From assembly GCA_034520885.1 (NCBI GenBank), contig JAXHNE010000009.1:130431-194430 (forward strand): a stretch of 64,000 nucleotides of DNA. Direction: 5' to 3'. The notes under the pieces are model-generated. The model made no database searches. It was not told the origin of the DNA and saw only the letters and a list, made by a program, of their open reading frames with translations. Below, piece by piece: positions 1 to 9,231 of this stretch (its first letter is position 1; each line of letters opens with the position of its first letter). The position numbers and the translations under genes were made by a program. The stretch comes from Candidatus Saccharimonadota bacterium. GTDB lineage: Bacteria; Patescibacteriota; Saccharimonadia; Saccharimonadales; JAXHNE01.

Positions 1-551
1 ATCAGGTTTACGGTTTGGGCGATCGGCGAATCCTCGGCGACGTCTTCTTCGCTGATGTTTTCGTCCTCATCTTCTTCGTCGTCGGATTCGGAGGCGACTT
101 TGCTGATTTCGCTGCCGATATTTCCGCGGTATTGATCCAGGGCGTTCAAAATATTGGTGCGCGTGGCCACGGTGATCTTCAGCTCCGAGCCGAGCAGTTT
201 TTGTAAAAAGTTAATGGCCTGGACGTCGTCGGGATCGGCCATGGCGACCTCTTTGGTGCCGTCGTCGGCCACGCCGGTGACTACCGCGGCGTATTGCCGG
301 GCGGTGCGCTCCGGAACCAACCCCAACACCTCTTTGTTCAAATTTTTGGCGTCGACTTCCACGAACGGAACGTCAATTTCCTTGGCGTAAGCTTCGGTCA
401 GCTTTTTTTCGGAAATCAAGTTGGAAGACAGCACCACGTCTTGCAAGGGGCGCTTTTCCTCCTTGACGCGCTGGTGCAGATCATCAAGCTGATCTTTCTT
501 GATGTCCATTTTTTTGAGTAGTTGTTCAACGAATTCGTCAGAAATTCTCAT
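1..551 (-). CDS. pilB: Type IV pilus / type II secretion assembly ATPase (PilB/GspE family), N-terminal part; gene continues beyond window start
   Basis: Absent from the ORF track because it runs off the edge. My minus-strand translation from ATG 551-549 is open to position 1: MRISDEFVEQLLKKMDIKKDQLDDLHQRVKEEKRPLQDVV...AKEIDVPFVEVDAKNLNKEVLGLVPERTARQYAAVV...EDSPIAQTVNLI. This matches the GspE/MshE N-terminal domain followed by the conserved PI..VN linker. Confidence 0.7.
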   Translation of the reverse strand, partial: MRISDEFVEQLLKKMDIKKDQLDDLHQRVKEEKRPLQDVVLSSNLISEKKLTEAYAKEIDVPFVEVDAKNLNKEVLGLVPERTARQYAAVVTGVADDGTKEVAMADPDDVQAINFLQKLLGSELKITVATRTNILNALDQYRGNIGSEISKVASESDDEEDEDENISEEDVAEDSPIAQTVNL

Positions 552-610
552 AGGTGCCCATCATGATTATGCTTGATTATATAGTTTAAACAATCTTCGG
601 TCTACCTAAA

Positions 611-619
611 TGGTATAAT
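611..619 (+). promoter_or_regulatory. Extended -10 element TGGTATAAT upstream of recA
   Basis: TGGTATAAT at 611-619, GGAGGG Shine-Dalgarno at 637-642, ATG at 649. The same TGnTATAAT-type element recurs at 8916-8924 (tRNA-Pro), 46079-46087 (yggT) and 57492-57500 (ssrA). Confidence 0.5.
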
Positions 620-648
620 CAAGGTATTAATCGATTGGAGGGTTTCCT

Positions 649-1677
649 ATGGCGGCAAAGGCCGACAAAAAAGACAGTGGCGGTGAAAAAGACGGCAAAA
701 GCAAGGCGTTGGGGCTGGCGGTAGAACAGATCGAAAAACAGTTCGGCAAAGGCTCCATTATGAAACTTGGCGAGTCACATAAAGTCAATGTGGAAACCAC
801 CTCTACCGGCAGCGTCAGCCTGGACTTGGCACTGGGCGGCGGCATCCCCAGGGGACGAATCGTGGAAGTCTACGGCCCGGAAAGCTCCGGAAAAACCACG
901 CTTACGTTACACGCCATTGCCGAAGTTCAAAAATCCGGCGGTACCGCGGCTTTCGTGGACGCCGAGCATGCTCTTGATCCGGCCTACGCCAAGCGTATCG
1001 GCGTGGATGTGGATAATTTACTGCTTTCGCAACCGGATAATGGCGAACAAGCCCTGGAAATTACCGAAACGCTGGTGCGTTCCAGCGCCGTGGACTTGAT
1101 CGTGTTGGATTCCGTGGCGGCGCTTACGCCCCGGGCGGAGATCGAAGGCGAAATGGGCGATTCGCACATGGGCTTGCAAGCCCGGCTGATGAGCCAGGCC
1201 TTGCGCAAACTGACCGGCGCCGTTTCGCGCAGTAAGACCACGGTGATTTTCATTAACCAGATTCGTATGAAAATCGGCGTGATGTTCGGCAATCCGGAAA
1301 CCACCACCGGTGGAAACGCGCTGAAGTTTTACTCCAGCGTGCGCATGGACATTCGCCGTACCTCACAAATTAAATCCGGCGATGACGTAGTCGGCAATCA
1401 CTGTAAAGTCAAGGTGGTTAAAAACAAGATCGCGCCGCCGTTTAGAATTGCGGAATTCGACATTATGTACAACAAAGGCATTTCCGCCAGCGGCGACGTG
1501 CTGGACTTGGCGGTTAAGCACGAGATCGTGGAAAAAGCCGGTGCCTGGTACTCCTATAAAGACGAAAAAATCGGCCAAGGACGCGAAGCCACCAAAGGCT
1601 ACCTGGAAGAAAACCCCAAAGTCCTAAAAGAACTGGATAAAAAAGTGCGCGAAGCCGCCGCCAAAGCCGAGGAGTAG
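649..1677 (+). CDS. recA: Recombinase RecA
   Basis: 342 aa. [23 protein letters not shown], Walker [14 protein letters not shown], and [37 protein letters not shown] are canonical RecA blocks. Confidence 0.97.
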   Translation: MAAKADKKDSGGEKDGKSKALGLAVEQIEKQFGKGSIMKLGESHKVNVETTSTGSVSLDLALGGGIPRGRIVEVYGPESSGKTTLTLHAIAEVQKSGGTAAFVDAEHALDPAYAKRIGVDVDNLLLSQPDNGEQALEITETLVRSSAVDLIVLDSVAALTPRAEIEGEMGDSHMGLQARLMSQALRKLTGAVSRSKTTVIFINQIRMKIGVMFGNPETTTGGNALKFYSSVRMDIRRTSQIKSGDDVVGNHCKVKVVKNKIAPPFRIAEFDIMYNKGISASGDVLDLAVKHEIVEKAGAWYSYKDEKIGQGREATKGYLEENPKVLKELDKKVREAAAKAEE

Positions 1678-1679
1678 AG

Positions 1680-2102
1680 ATGTCAGGAGAAAACAACCCC
1701 TCTCCCGAAGGCCGAGAGTTATCCATTTCGGGAACCGATTGGGAGTCAGAACCCGGGCGCCCCGCGCCAACCGGAGAACCCTCCGAAAAAGTAATAGCAA
1801 AACGTGAAGAAATGCATGATTCGATTGATCAAGTAAGAAAGACAGGGGAGGTCGCTACTTCCTCGCAAGTTGAAGCTCCGCCTGACGACACCACTCTTGG
1901 CATGCCAGATTTACCTGAGCCAGAGTGGCTCAAGAAAGACCCGGTGATTCAGGCCGCAAAGAAAAAACGTATATCTTCGTCGCATACTTTGTCGCGTGTC
2001 ATAGGAAAAGAGGGCGTTGAAGAACTAAAGCAAAGAAAAGGAACAGCCGAAGAGAGAAGGTTAAATGCTCTTCGACGTTTAGCAGGTAGAGACGAAAGGT
2101 GA
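1680..2102 (+). CDS. Hypothetical protein (acidic, no recognisable domain)
   Basis: 140-aa ORF starting 3 nt after the recA stop, with backbone-like composition. It overlaps the next gene by 4 nt. Confidence 0.45.
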   Translation: MSGENNPSPEGRELSISGTDWESEPGRPAPTGEPSEKVIAKREEMHDSIDQVRKTGEVATSSQVEAPPDDTTLGMPDLPEPEWLKKDPVIQAAKKKRISSSHTLSRVIGKEGVEELKQRKGTAEERRLNALRRLAGRDER

Positions 2103-2563
2103 CCGGGACGAATCATTTTTTAACGGGTGCGGGAATCGGGTTGTATGTTTCCAATCCGGTCGTTGCCATACCGGCGGCTTTCGTGAGTCATTTCGTGCTG
2201 GATTCGCTTCCGCATTTTGGCTCCCCGTGGGACGAAGAGCTCGGCCGCCGCGTCAAGCATAAATTATTCGCCAATGTTATCCGGGTCGATACCGTCATAT
2301 CCTTGGGATTAATTACCTATTTTGCCTACCATAACTCTTGGGTCGTTTTGGCCAGTATGTTCGCGGCCATGTTGCCGGATTTTATTTGGGTGTACAAGTT
2401 TATTTTTAAGGAACAATTCGGCAAGTTGCCGCCGGCGCCCAAAAGCAAATTATCGCAATTCCATAAGGACATTCAACGTTATGAACGCCACTGGGGGCTG
2501 ACCATTGAAATTTGTGTGGCGGTTGTACTCGGCGTGATCGTCTGGGGGCTTCACGCGACGTGA
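2099..2563 (+). CDS. Membrane-bound metal-dependent hydrolase-like protein (YdjM/DUF457-like)
   Basis: 154 aa with several hydrophobic helices. The N-terminal NHFLTGAGIGLY...SHFVLDSLPHFG pattern resembles the SOS-regulated YdjM family. It sits between recA and recX. Confidence 0.5.
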   Translation: MTGTNHFLTGAGIGLYVSNPVVAIPAAFVSHFVLDSLPHFGSPWDEELGRRVKHKLFANVIRVDTVISLGLITYFAYHNSWVVLASMFAAMLPDFIWVYKFIFKEQFGKLPPAPKSKLSQFHKDIQRYERHWGLTIEICVAVVLGVIVWGLHAT

Positions 2564-2630
2564 GTTCCGTTAGAAACATTGCCATTAGTTCGGTAACAGT
2601 TAACTTTTTGCGAAAGGAGCTTCTAGCGGG

Positions 2631-3251
2631 ATGAAGGTGACTGCCATCACCCAACAAGCCAAAAACAAAAATCGATACTCCGTGTTCGTTGACGAAAAAT
2701 ATAGTTTTTCGCTAAGCATGGACGGCCTTTTGGAGGCCAAGCTAAAAACCGGGGACGAACTGAGCGAAGCGGAAGTCAGGCAATTCAAAAAACAGTCGGA
2801 AGACGGTAAGTTGTATGATCGGCTCATCGGTCTCTTGGCAAAAAGGCCGCGGAGCCGCTGGGAGTTGGAGGAATACTTAAAACGAAAAAAAGTGGAACCC
2901 GAAACTCAGGCGCAACTTTTGGGAAAACTGGAAGATAAAAAATTGATTGACGACCAAGACTTCGCTCGCCGCTGGGTAGAAAACCGCCGGCTATTAAAGC
3001 CGATGAGCCGGCGCAAACTGCGCCAAGAACTCATGCAAAAACGAATCGATCACGATATTATTGAGCGGGTACTCGAGGAAGATGAAAGCAGTGAGCGTGG
3101 CGTACTGCGTGAACTGATCGAAAAGAAACGGCACATCTCCAAGTATAAAAATGACCGCCAAAAGTTCATGCAATACCTGGCGCGGCAAGGATTCAATTAC
3201 GGCGACATCAAAGACGTACTCCACGAAACCGACACCTCCCCGGGCGATTAA
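2631..3251 (+). CDS. recX: RecA regulator RecX
   Basis: 206 aa. A repeated three-helix pattern (RPRSRWELEEYLKRKKV...; DDQDFARRWVENRRLLKPMSRRKLRQELMQKRI...; FMQYLARQGFNYGDI) is typical of RecX. It lies close to recA. Confidence 0.85.
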   Translation: MKVTAITQQAKNKNRYSVFVDEKYSFSLSMDGLLEAKLKTGDELSEAEVRQFKKQSEDGKLYDRLIGLLAKRPRSRWELEEYLKRKKVEPETQAQLLGKLEDKKLIDDQDFARRWVENRRLLKPMSRRKLRQELMQKRIDHDIIERVLEEDESSERGVLRELIEKKRHISKYKNDRQKFMQYLARQGFNYGDIKDVLHETDTSPGD

Positions 3252-3278
3252 CCCGGCCTAAAACACCTCAAGAATTAT

Positions 3279-3314
3279 TACCACGAATATGTCCGATCGG
3301 ACACTTTTGTGGTA
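3279..3314. repeat. 36-bp palindromic element, copy 1 (probable bidirectional terminator between convergent recX and the PRC-barrel gene)
   Basis: TACCACGAATATGTCCGATCGGACACTTTTGTGGTA is a near-perfect palindrome. A second, perfect copy lies at 56118-56153. Confidence 0.8.
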
Positions 3315-3348
3315 CATATGGAAAACGTAATGCGCGTATTTTATCGGG

Positions 3349-3933
3349 CTAGCGAGCTATCGCGGGCGCCGTGGCCGAGTTGGTAACTTTTTCGGCGTGT
3401 TTGATGGGTTCTTTGGGGTCCTTGATTTTTATGTGTTTGGGAGTAATTTCAATAATCCGATCGCGCGTGACACTTAGCTGTCCTTTGGTCAGGCTTTTTA
3501 GTAAGTGCTGGCCTACGTAGAGTTTTTGAATATACATGGTCTCCGCCTCCACGGCGTAATCCACCACTTTGCCCAGTTTTTTTCGTTTGCCGGCGATAAC
3601 CGGCTTACCCGGCAGCCGGTAACGGATTTCCAAAATTTCCCGGTGACGTACCAAATCCACCGGTTCCGCCAATACGGAGTGGTCGTCCACCGCGAACCCT
3701 TGCGGAAGCCTGTCGCGGATATCCTGTGTAAGTAGTATTAGTTCCTTCTTTTCGAACTTATCCTGGCAAAAGAACCCCTCGATTTTTAAATTTTTGGGGT
3801 TAATCAGCGGCTCGGTGGCAAAGGCGATCTGGCCGCCGGTACGCAGACTCATGATCGCTTGATCGTAGTAGGTCTTACTAAGCTGAAGCATTGCGCGTTT
3901 TATTGTAACGCTTTTGGTGAGTTGTTGCGACAC
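3349..3933 (-). CDS. PRC-barrel domain-like protein
   Basis: 194 aa. Two repeats of a LINPKNLKIEGFFCQD / VDYAVEAETMYIQKLYV type motif resemble tandem PRC barrels. The family call is tentative. Confidence 0.45.
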   Translation of the reverse strand: MSQQLTKSVTIKRAMLQLSKTYYDQAIMSLRTGGQIAFATEPLINPKNLKIEGFFCQDKFEKKELILLTQDIRDRLPQGFAVDDHSVLAEPVDLVRHREILEIRYRLPGKPVIAGKRKKLGKVVDYAVEAETMYIQKLYVGQHLLKSLTKGQLSVTRDRIIEITPKHIKIKDPKEPIKHAEKVTNSATAPAIAR

Positions 3934-3958
3934 GCGTCTTCGGGGTATTATTTAGGGT

Positions 3959-4414
3959 ATGAAATTATCGCTTTATTCCCCCGGAAGTGAGGGCACCGAA
4001 ACGCTGGCCGAAAAAATAGGTGTGCGTTTGCGAGGCGGTGAGGTCGTGGAACTCATTTCCGATCTTGGCGGTGGTAAAACTACGTTTATGCGCGGCCTGG
4101 TACGCGGTGCCAAAAGCAAGGACGTGGTGGCCAGCCCGACGTTTACGGTAAGCAAAGTTTACGCTACTCCGGACTTTGAAATTCATCATTTTGATTTTTA
4201 TCGGCTCCCGGAACCCGGGCTTATCGAGCACGAGCTGGAAGATTTGGTCGGCGATCCGTCCATAGTGGTAGCCGTGGAGTGGGGGCAAGACGTTCGGCAC
4301 GTACTCCCGGAGAACCGCCTGACGCTTCGTTTGCTTCCACGAGGAGAGGCGGAGCGTGCTTTGGAGCTGGAATGCGCGGCAACGCTTGATTATTTGCTAG
4401 AGGGGCTGCAGTGA
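3959..4414 (+). CDS. tsaE: tRNA t6A37 biosynthesis ATPase TsaE
   Basis: 151 aa with P-loop LISDLGGGKTTFMRGL, then SPTFT...YHFDFYRL, characteristic of the YjeE/TsaE family. Confidence 0.85.
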   Translation: MKLSLYSPGSEGTETLAEKIGVRLRGGEVVELISDLGGGKTTFMRGLVRGAKSKDVVASPTFTVSKVYATPDFEIHHFDFYRLPEPGLIEHELEDLVGDPSIVVAVEWGQDVRHVLPENRLTLRLLPRGEAERALELECAATLDYLLEGLQ

Positions 4415-4800
4415 TTTTGTGTCTGCGTACCGACAAACCGGAGGCCGAAATTGCCCTGGTGTGGGACGGGGAAGTGGTGCAAAAAGAAACTTGGCAGGCT
4501 CACCGCCAACTGGCGGCTACGTTGCACCAAAAAGTCAAAGAATCGCTTCAAAAAGTCGACAGTGACATTTCACGGATAACAGGGGTGGTGGTGTATCGTG
4601 GCCCGGGGAGTTTTACCGGGCTTCGTATCGGTATTGCCGTAGCGAACGCGCTTTCCGATAGTTTGGCTATTCCGGTGGTCGGTTCCAGTGGTGACGACTG
4701 GATGCGTGACGGCCTGTCGGAAGTTAAAAAAGCGGACTCTTCCCAAAAAGTCGTACCGGTGTACGGCCGCGGCGCGCATATTACCCGGCCGCGTAAGTAG
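4411..4800 (+). CDS. tsaB: tRNA t6A37 biosynthesis protein TsaB (short form)
   Basis: 129 aa with the TsaB/YeaZ N-terminal signature GPGSFTGLRIGIAVANAL. It overlaps tsaE by 4 nt. Only the N-terminal half of the usual ~230-aa protein is present. Confidence 0.7.
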   Translation: MILCLRTDKPEAEIALVWDGEVVQKETWQAHRQLAATLHQKVKESLQKVDSDISRITGVVVYRGPGSFTGLRIGIAVANALSDSLAIPVVGSSGDDWMRDGLSEVKKADSSQKVVPVYGRGAHITRPRK

Positions 4801-4859
4801 GCTCAGTTGACAGTAGTCAAAAGGCTACCTATAGTAATAAGGGTAAACGAAAAATAAAA

Positions 4860-5777
4860 ATGCAACACACTCGTCCACATCAACGCGAAGATTTCGCTCG
4901 CCGCACCGCGCGTCCGAGCACTGACGGGTTCGTACGCCGCGGAGAAACCGGTTCTTACCAACGGCGCTCCAGCGGTATGATCCCCGGTAACGACGAAGAA
5001 TATATGATTTCTCTTGGCGCGCAAGCTTCCCGTAGGGCTTCCACGCCTCTGCCCAAACAAAGCGTCACGGAAAAAATTGTTTCCGCGCTGGATACGGTGC
5101 GGCGGCGAATTGCCCGGCAAAAGCAAACCCTGAACCAGGCTTCGCTGGCCATAGTCGGTATCGTGGTGCTGGTGGGACTCGTTGGCTTGCAGCTTTCCGG
5201 GCAGCACGATCCGGTTACTGCGAATGACGACGACCGCCAGCTTTCGCAAAACAACGGCGACACCCCGCATGGCCGAGCTCCGCATAATCAAGGCGCTTAT
5301 GCCGCGGCTTCGGATATGCCCGAGCGGCTCGTCATAAACAAACTGGGGATAGATACCCGCGTCACGCGCCTTGGCGTGCGGGAAAATAGCGAACCTAAAT
5401 ACCCGCAAAATATTTACGACGCCGGCTGGTACGAAAACAGCGCCAAACCCGGCGATAAAGGAGCGGCATTGCTTATCGGGCATATCCAGGGTGCGGAAAA
5501 ACAAGGGGTATTCCACGATTTGGCCAATTTGGTACCGGGCGATGAATTCCAGGTGGAAACCGGTGACGGTACCATACGGAATTACTATATCGTTAAAATG
5601 GAAGTCTACGATCGCGGACAGGTAAATTATGACGAAGTGTTGCGAACCGGCTTGGACGGCAAACCGGGCTTGAACTTATTAACCGCCGTGGGAGCGTTCG
5701 CGGCTAATTCCGATGTCACCCAGCAACTCGGCGTATTCGCCATAGAAAAAAGCAGCTTTCTGGACGAAAACGAGTAA
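4860..5777 (+). CDS. Sortase-fold protein (class E/F-like) lacking the catalytic Cys
   Basis: 305 aa with a basic N-terminus and TM helix (LAIVGIVVLVGLVGL). Sortase blocks LVINKLGIDTRV, GWYENSAKPGDKGAALLIGHI and VPGDEF are present. The TLxTC position reads LNLLTAVG (Ala in place of Cys). Confidence 0.6.
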   Translation: MQHTRPHQREDFARRTARPSTDGFVRRGETGSYQRRSSGMIPGNDEEYMISLGAQASRRASTPLPKQSVTEKIVSALDTVRRRIARQKQTLNQASLAIVGIVVLVGLVGLQLSGQHDPVTANDDDRQLSQNNGDTPHGRAPHNQGAYAAASDMPERLVINKLGIDTRVTRLGVRENSEPKYPQNIYDAGWYENSAKPGDKGAALLIGHIQGAEKQGVFHDLANLVPGDEFQVETGDGTIRNYYIVKMEVYDRGQVNYDEVLRTGLDGKPGLNLLTAVGAFAANSDVTQQLGVFAIEKSSFLDENE

Positions 5778-5948
5778 GCCCATAAAAAGGTTTTACATTG
5801 CGAAACGTTTCACAAATCCGTATATTAGATAGTAGGATTTGCATTTTGAGAGTCCGACTGGAAAATTTTGATTATCTCTTTGAAAAAGCTGGCTAAAGAA
5901 GTGAAAGTGATTGTCGCTTAGCAAAGAGGCTTATAGAAAGGAAACACT

Positions 5949-7463
5949 ATGGATCCATTGACTTTAGTGCTCGCAGTGGGCGGGCTTGGTATTGGGTTTG
6001 CGGGAAGCAACGCCGTCAACAATAAAAAACTCGGAGCGGCCAAGGCCAAGGCCGACAAGGAACTAAAAAATGCCCAAAAAGAGGCCGAAAAAGCGCTGGA
6101 AGACGCCAAAAAAGAGGCGGCCAAAGTCGAGGAAAAAGCCCGGAAAGACGAAGAAGAGCGCCGTAAAGAAATAAAAGACACCGAAAAACGTTTGGCCAAG
6201 CGCGAAGAAACGCTGGATAACAAGCTGGACGATCTGGACAAGCGCGCCGAAAATTTGCGAAAAGGCGAAGACGAAGTCGAGGAGCTAAAAAACGAAATTC
6301 GTAAGATCCGCGAAAAGCAGCAAGAAAAGCTGGAAAAAATCGCCAAGCTTAAAAAAGAAGACGCCGCGGAAAAGCTCATGAAGATGACCGAGCGGGATAT
6401 CAAGGACGACCTAAAAGGCCTGATAACCAAGATACAAAATGACACCAAGGAAGACGCCGAAGACCGTGCCGCGAGCATTCTGGTCGGCGCTATGGAGCGC
6501 ATGGCCAGTGAAGTGACCGCGGAACGCACCGTGAGCGCGGTGAAGCTAACGGACGATGAAATGAAAGGCCGGATTATCGGCAAGGAAGGCCGCAACATTC
6601 AGGCCTTGCAGCGAGCTACCGGCGTGGACATTATGGTCGACGACACCCCGGGCATGATTATTTTAAGCAGTTTTGATCCGGTTCGCCGGGAAGTCGCCCG
6701 CCAAACCATGGAAATGCTGATGAAGGACGGACGTATCCATCCGGGACGAATCGAAGAAGTCGTGGAAAAGGCCAGGAAGCAAGTGCAAAAAGAGGTGACA
6801 CGTGCCGGCGAAGACGCCGCGCGGGAAGTCGGTATTATCGGTATTCCAAAGGAAGTTTTGCAGCTACTCGGTGAGCTGAAGTTCCGTACCTCCTACGGGC
6901 AGAACGTCCTCAAACACAGCACCGAAATGGCGCACATTGCCGGAATTATCGCCGAAGAACTCGGCGCAGACGTCAAGACTGCCAAATATGCCGCTTTGGT
7001 GCATGACCTGGGCAAAGCCCTGACCCATAAAATGGAAGGCAAGCATCACCACATTAGCGGCGAGATGCTGCGTAAATACGGTGCGCCGGAAGAGGTCGCC
7101 CACGCCGCGGAAGCCCACCACGATGACATGGAGGCCACGACTACCGAGGCTTTGATCGTGCGGGTCGTCGATGCCATTAGTGCCGCTCGGCCGGGAGCAC
7201 GCAACATTAGCGCGGAAAACTTCGCGGAACGCATGAAAGATCTGGAAAACATCGCCAACGGCTTTACCGGTATTGAAAAATCCTACGCCATTAGCGCCGG
7301 CCGTGAAGTCCGCGTGTTCGTAAAACCGGGCGACGTGGATGACCTTTCCGCTATCCGCTTGGCGCGCGACATCGCCAACAAGATCGAATCCACCATGCAA
7401 TACCCCGGAACGGTAAAAGTAAACGTCATCCGCGAAACCCGCGCAATAGAATTCGCCAAGTAG
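5949..7463 (+). CDS. rny: Ribonuclease Y
   Basis: 504 aa. N-terminal TM helix, K/E-rich coiled coil, KH domain (GRIIGKEGRNIQALQRATGVDIMVDD) and HD domain (HSTEMAHIAG...LVHDLGK). Confidence 0.92.
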   Translation: MDPLTLVLAVGGLGIGFAGSNAVNNKKLGAAKAKADKELKNAQKEAEKALEDAKKEAAKVEEKARKDEEERRKEIKDTEKRLAKREETLDNKLDDLDKRAENLRKGEDEVEELKNEIRKIREKQQEKLEKIAKLKKEDAAEKLMKMTERDIKDDLKGLITKIQNDTKEDAEDRAASILVGAMERMASEVTAERTVSAVKLTDDEMKGRIIGKEGRNIQALQRATGVDIMVDDTPGMIILSSFDPVRREVARQTMEMLMKDGRIHPGRIEEVVEKARKQVQKEVTRAGEDAAREVGIIGIPKEVLQLLGELKFRTSYGQNVLKHSTEMAHIAGIIAEELGADVKTAKYAALVHDLGKALTHKMEGKHHHISGEMLRKYGAPEEVAHAAEAHHDDMEATTTEALIVRVVDAISAARPGARNISAENFAERMKDLENIANGFTGIEKSYAISAGREVRVFVKPGDVDDLSAIRLARDIANKIESTMQYPGTVKVNVIRETRAIEFAK

Positions 7464-7559
7464 TAATTTTTAATCTCGGGGGCCAGTGTCTCAGGTATAC
7501 TGTTGGTATGTCCTGGGAGGTTTTGCCCGAACTCATCGGCCGGAAGAATAAGTTATGCG

Positions 7560-7592
7560 AAATTAAATTTAAATTAAATTTAAATTTAATTT
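7560..7592. repeat. 33-bp pure A/T tract with 11-bp periodicity
   Basis: AAATTAAATTT AAATTAAATTT AAATTTAATTT lies 20 nt upstream of the ATG at 7612. Helical phasing suggests intrinsically bent DNA or an UP-like element. Confidence 0.6.
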
Positions 7593-7611
7593 CGGACGGA
7601 AGGGATTCTTT

Positions 7612-8190
7612 ATGAAAGGAAAAGTGGCCAAATTACCAGGGGTGAATGATAACACCAGGTTTCTTTGCTTTGACCTGGAAAGCAATGGACTGCACGGGAG
7701 GGCGTTCGCGGCCGGGGCGCTGATCATTGATAAAAACGGGGAAGTTCACGATGAGTTTACCGCCCGGGTGGAGATTGAAGGCGAAGTCGATGAATGGGTG
7801 AAAGACAACGTTTTGCCGCAAATAACCGACATGCAAATTACGCACGGATCGTATAAGGCCATGTGTGATTCGTTTTGGCGCTGGTTCGTTCCCGCCCAGG
7901 AAAAAAGTGATTACGTACTGGTGAGCAACGGTTACCCGGTGGAGTACCGGTTTTTGATGGATTGCCAGCAAGCTGATCCAAAGCAGCGGTACTGGGAACA
8001 CCCGTTTCCGGTTATTGACCTCTCGTCACTGCTATTGCCGCTGGGCGAACTCAAGGAGCTGAGCAAGAGTAATTTATTAAAGAAAATAGAACGCAGGATT
8101 GACGTCAAACAACATCACCCGCTCAACGACGCCGAAGTTACGGGATTAATGGCTTTCGAAGCATTACGATTTGCTGGACGCATTACCTAG
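7612..8190 (+). CDS. DEDD-family 3'-5' exonuclease (DnaQ-like)
   Basis: 192 aa. Exo I motif FDLESNG and exo III motif HHPLNDAE. Confidence 0.6.
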   Translation: MKGKVAKLPGVNDNTRFLCFDLESNGLHGRAFAAGALIIDKNGEVHDEFTARVEIEGEVDEWVKDNVLPQITDMQITHGSYKAMCDSFWRWFVPAQEKSDYVLVSNGYPVEYRFLMDCQQADPKQRYWEHPFPVIDLSSLLLPLGELKELSKSNLLKKIERRIDVKQHHPLNDAEVTGLMAFEALRFAGRIT

Positions 8191-8226
8191 AATTCTGGTA
8201 TAGTAACAACCACAAGCAAAAATAAG

Positions 8227-8889
8227 GTGGTGGGCAAGGAGATTAAAGTGAGGGAAAAACTAAAATCACTTGACCGCAACATCATTATTCTCGTGGTATT
8301 CGCGGTCATTGTCATAGTAGGGTTGGCGTTTTCGGACGGCGGAAACCAAGCGGAGGAAACGGTAAACCAGGAAACGACCGCCCAAGCTCAAGAGGAAGAA
8401 GCGGGCGAGGAAAGTGCCGATGAAAACGCCGAACAACAAGCACCGGCGGACGAACCCGAGGAGCAAGAGGGTGCGGCTGAAGGGGAGAAACCCGCCGCGG
8501 AAGCAGAAGGCGAGCAAAATGAAGACGCCCAAGCCCAACAGCAACCCGCGGCTAACCAAGAAGAGGGCGAACAGTCGGACGGCCAATATTCGTACGTAGC
8601 CCAAAACGGCGATTCGTACACGGAAATTGCCCGTAAAGCAGTTCAAACGTACGGTATCAACAACAATGTTGAACTCAGCGAAGCCCAAATCGTTTACGCC
8701 GAGACGACCTTGACCCAAGAAGCGAACGCCCCGCTGTTGAATCTGGGTGAACAAGTAAGCTTTAACGAAGATACGCTGCAGTCAACGGTGGAAAGCGCCA
8801 CCGAACTGAGTGAGGATGCAGAACAAAACTGGCAATATTACGTCCAGTTCGTGGACTTCAACACTGACGCCGTCGGCGAAGCCCGCTAA
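8227..8889 (+). CDS. Membrane-anchored acidic protein with a LysM-like segment
   Basis: 220 aa with a GTG start. One TM helix (IIILVVFAVIVIVGLAF), a long E/Q/A-rich linker, then YSYVAQNGDSYTEIARKAV, which resembles a LysM core. Confidence 0.45.
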   Translation: MVGKEIKVREKLKSLDRNIIILVVFAVIVIVGLAFSDGGNQAEETVNQETTAQAQEEEAGEESADENAEQQAPADEPEEQEGAAEGEKPAAEAEGEQNEDAQAQQQPAANQEEGEQSDGQYSYVAQNGDSYTEIARKAVQTYGINNNVELSEAQIVYAETTLTQEANAPLLNLGEQVSFNEDTLQSTVESATELSEDAEQNWQYYVQFVDFNTDAVGEAR

Positions 8890-8953
8890 TACATACTGGT
8901 TACCACTGATAAATCTGCTATAATACCTCCGTTATTTTCCATTAGTGAAGTAA

Positions 8954-9030
8954 CGGGGTGTGGCGCAGTTGGCTAGCGCGGGCGGTTTGGGACCGTCAGG
9001 TCGTAGGTTCGAGTCCTATCACCCCGACCA
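8954..9030 (+). tRNA. tRNA-Pro (anticodon TGG), CCA encoded
   Basis: Manual cloverleaf: acceptor CGGGGTG/CACCCCG, D arm GCGC/GCGC, anticodon arm GGCGG-TTTGGGA-CCGTC, T arm GTAGG-TTCGAGT-CCTAT, discriminator A, CCA. Confidence 0.9.
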
Positions 9031-9209
9031 AATAAAGAGTCCATCGAAAGATGGGCTTTTTATTTGGTTAGATTGGGCGTGAAGGGCTCGGACCGTTAGG
9101 CGAAAACAGCCGGGGGCTGTTTGAGGAGTCCTTTGGAGTCCGCTTACTAAAGCGGACGGCGACTGAGGCATTTGTTGGCTAACAAATGTTGCCCGAAGGA
9201 GAAAACTAG

Positions 9210-9231
9210 TCGAGTCCTATCACCCCGACCA
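9210..9231 (+). repeat. Exact 22-nt duplicate of the tRNA-Pro 3' end (att-like)
   Basis: TCGAGTCCTATCACCCCGACCA at 9210-9231 is identical to 9009-9030 (T loop to CCA). The two copies are separated by a 179-bp hairpin-rich insert. Confidence 0.9.

Noticed and set aside
15-521. Three overlapping plus-strand ORFs (63, 78 and 75 aa) at the window start
   Set aside because: They are antisense to a continuous minus-strand frame that translates into a convincing PilB/GspE N-terminal domain. They have no motifs of their own.
4803-5516. 237-aa minus-strand ORF overlapping the sortase-like gene
   Set aside because: It is antisense to a frame with clear sortase blocks and has no recognisable motifs. 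It is one of several long antisense ORFs in this moderately GC-rich backbone.
5918-6598. 226-aa Ser/Leu/Phe-rich minus-strand ORF
   Set aside because: It is the antisense shadow of the Lys/Glu-rich coiled-coil region of rny (GAA/AAG codons read backwards as TTC/CTT). It is low-complexity with no start context.
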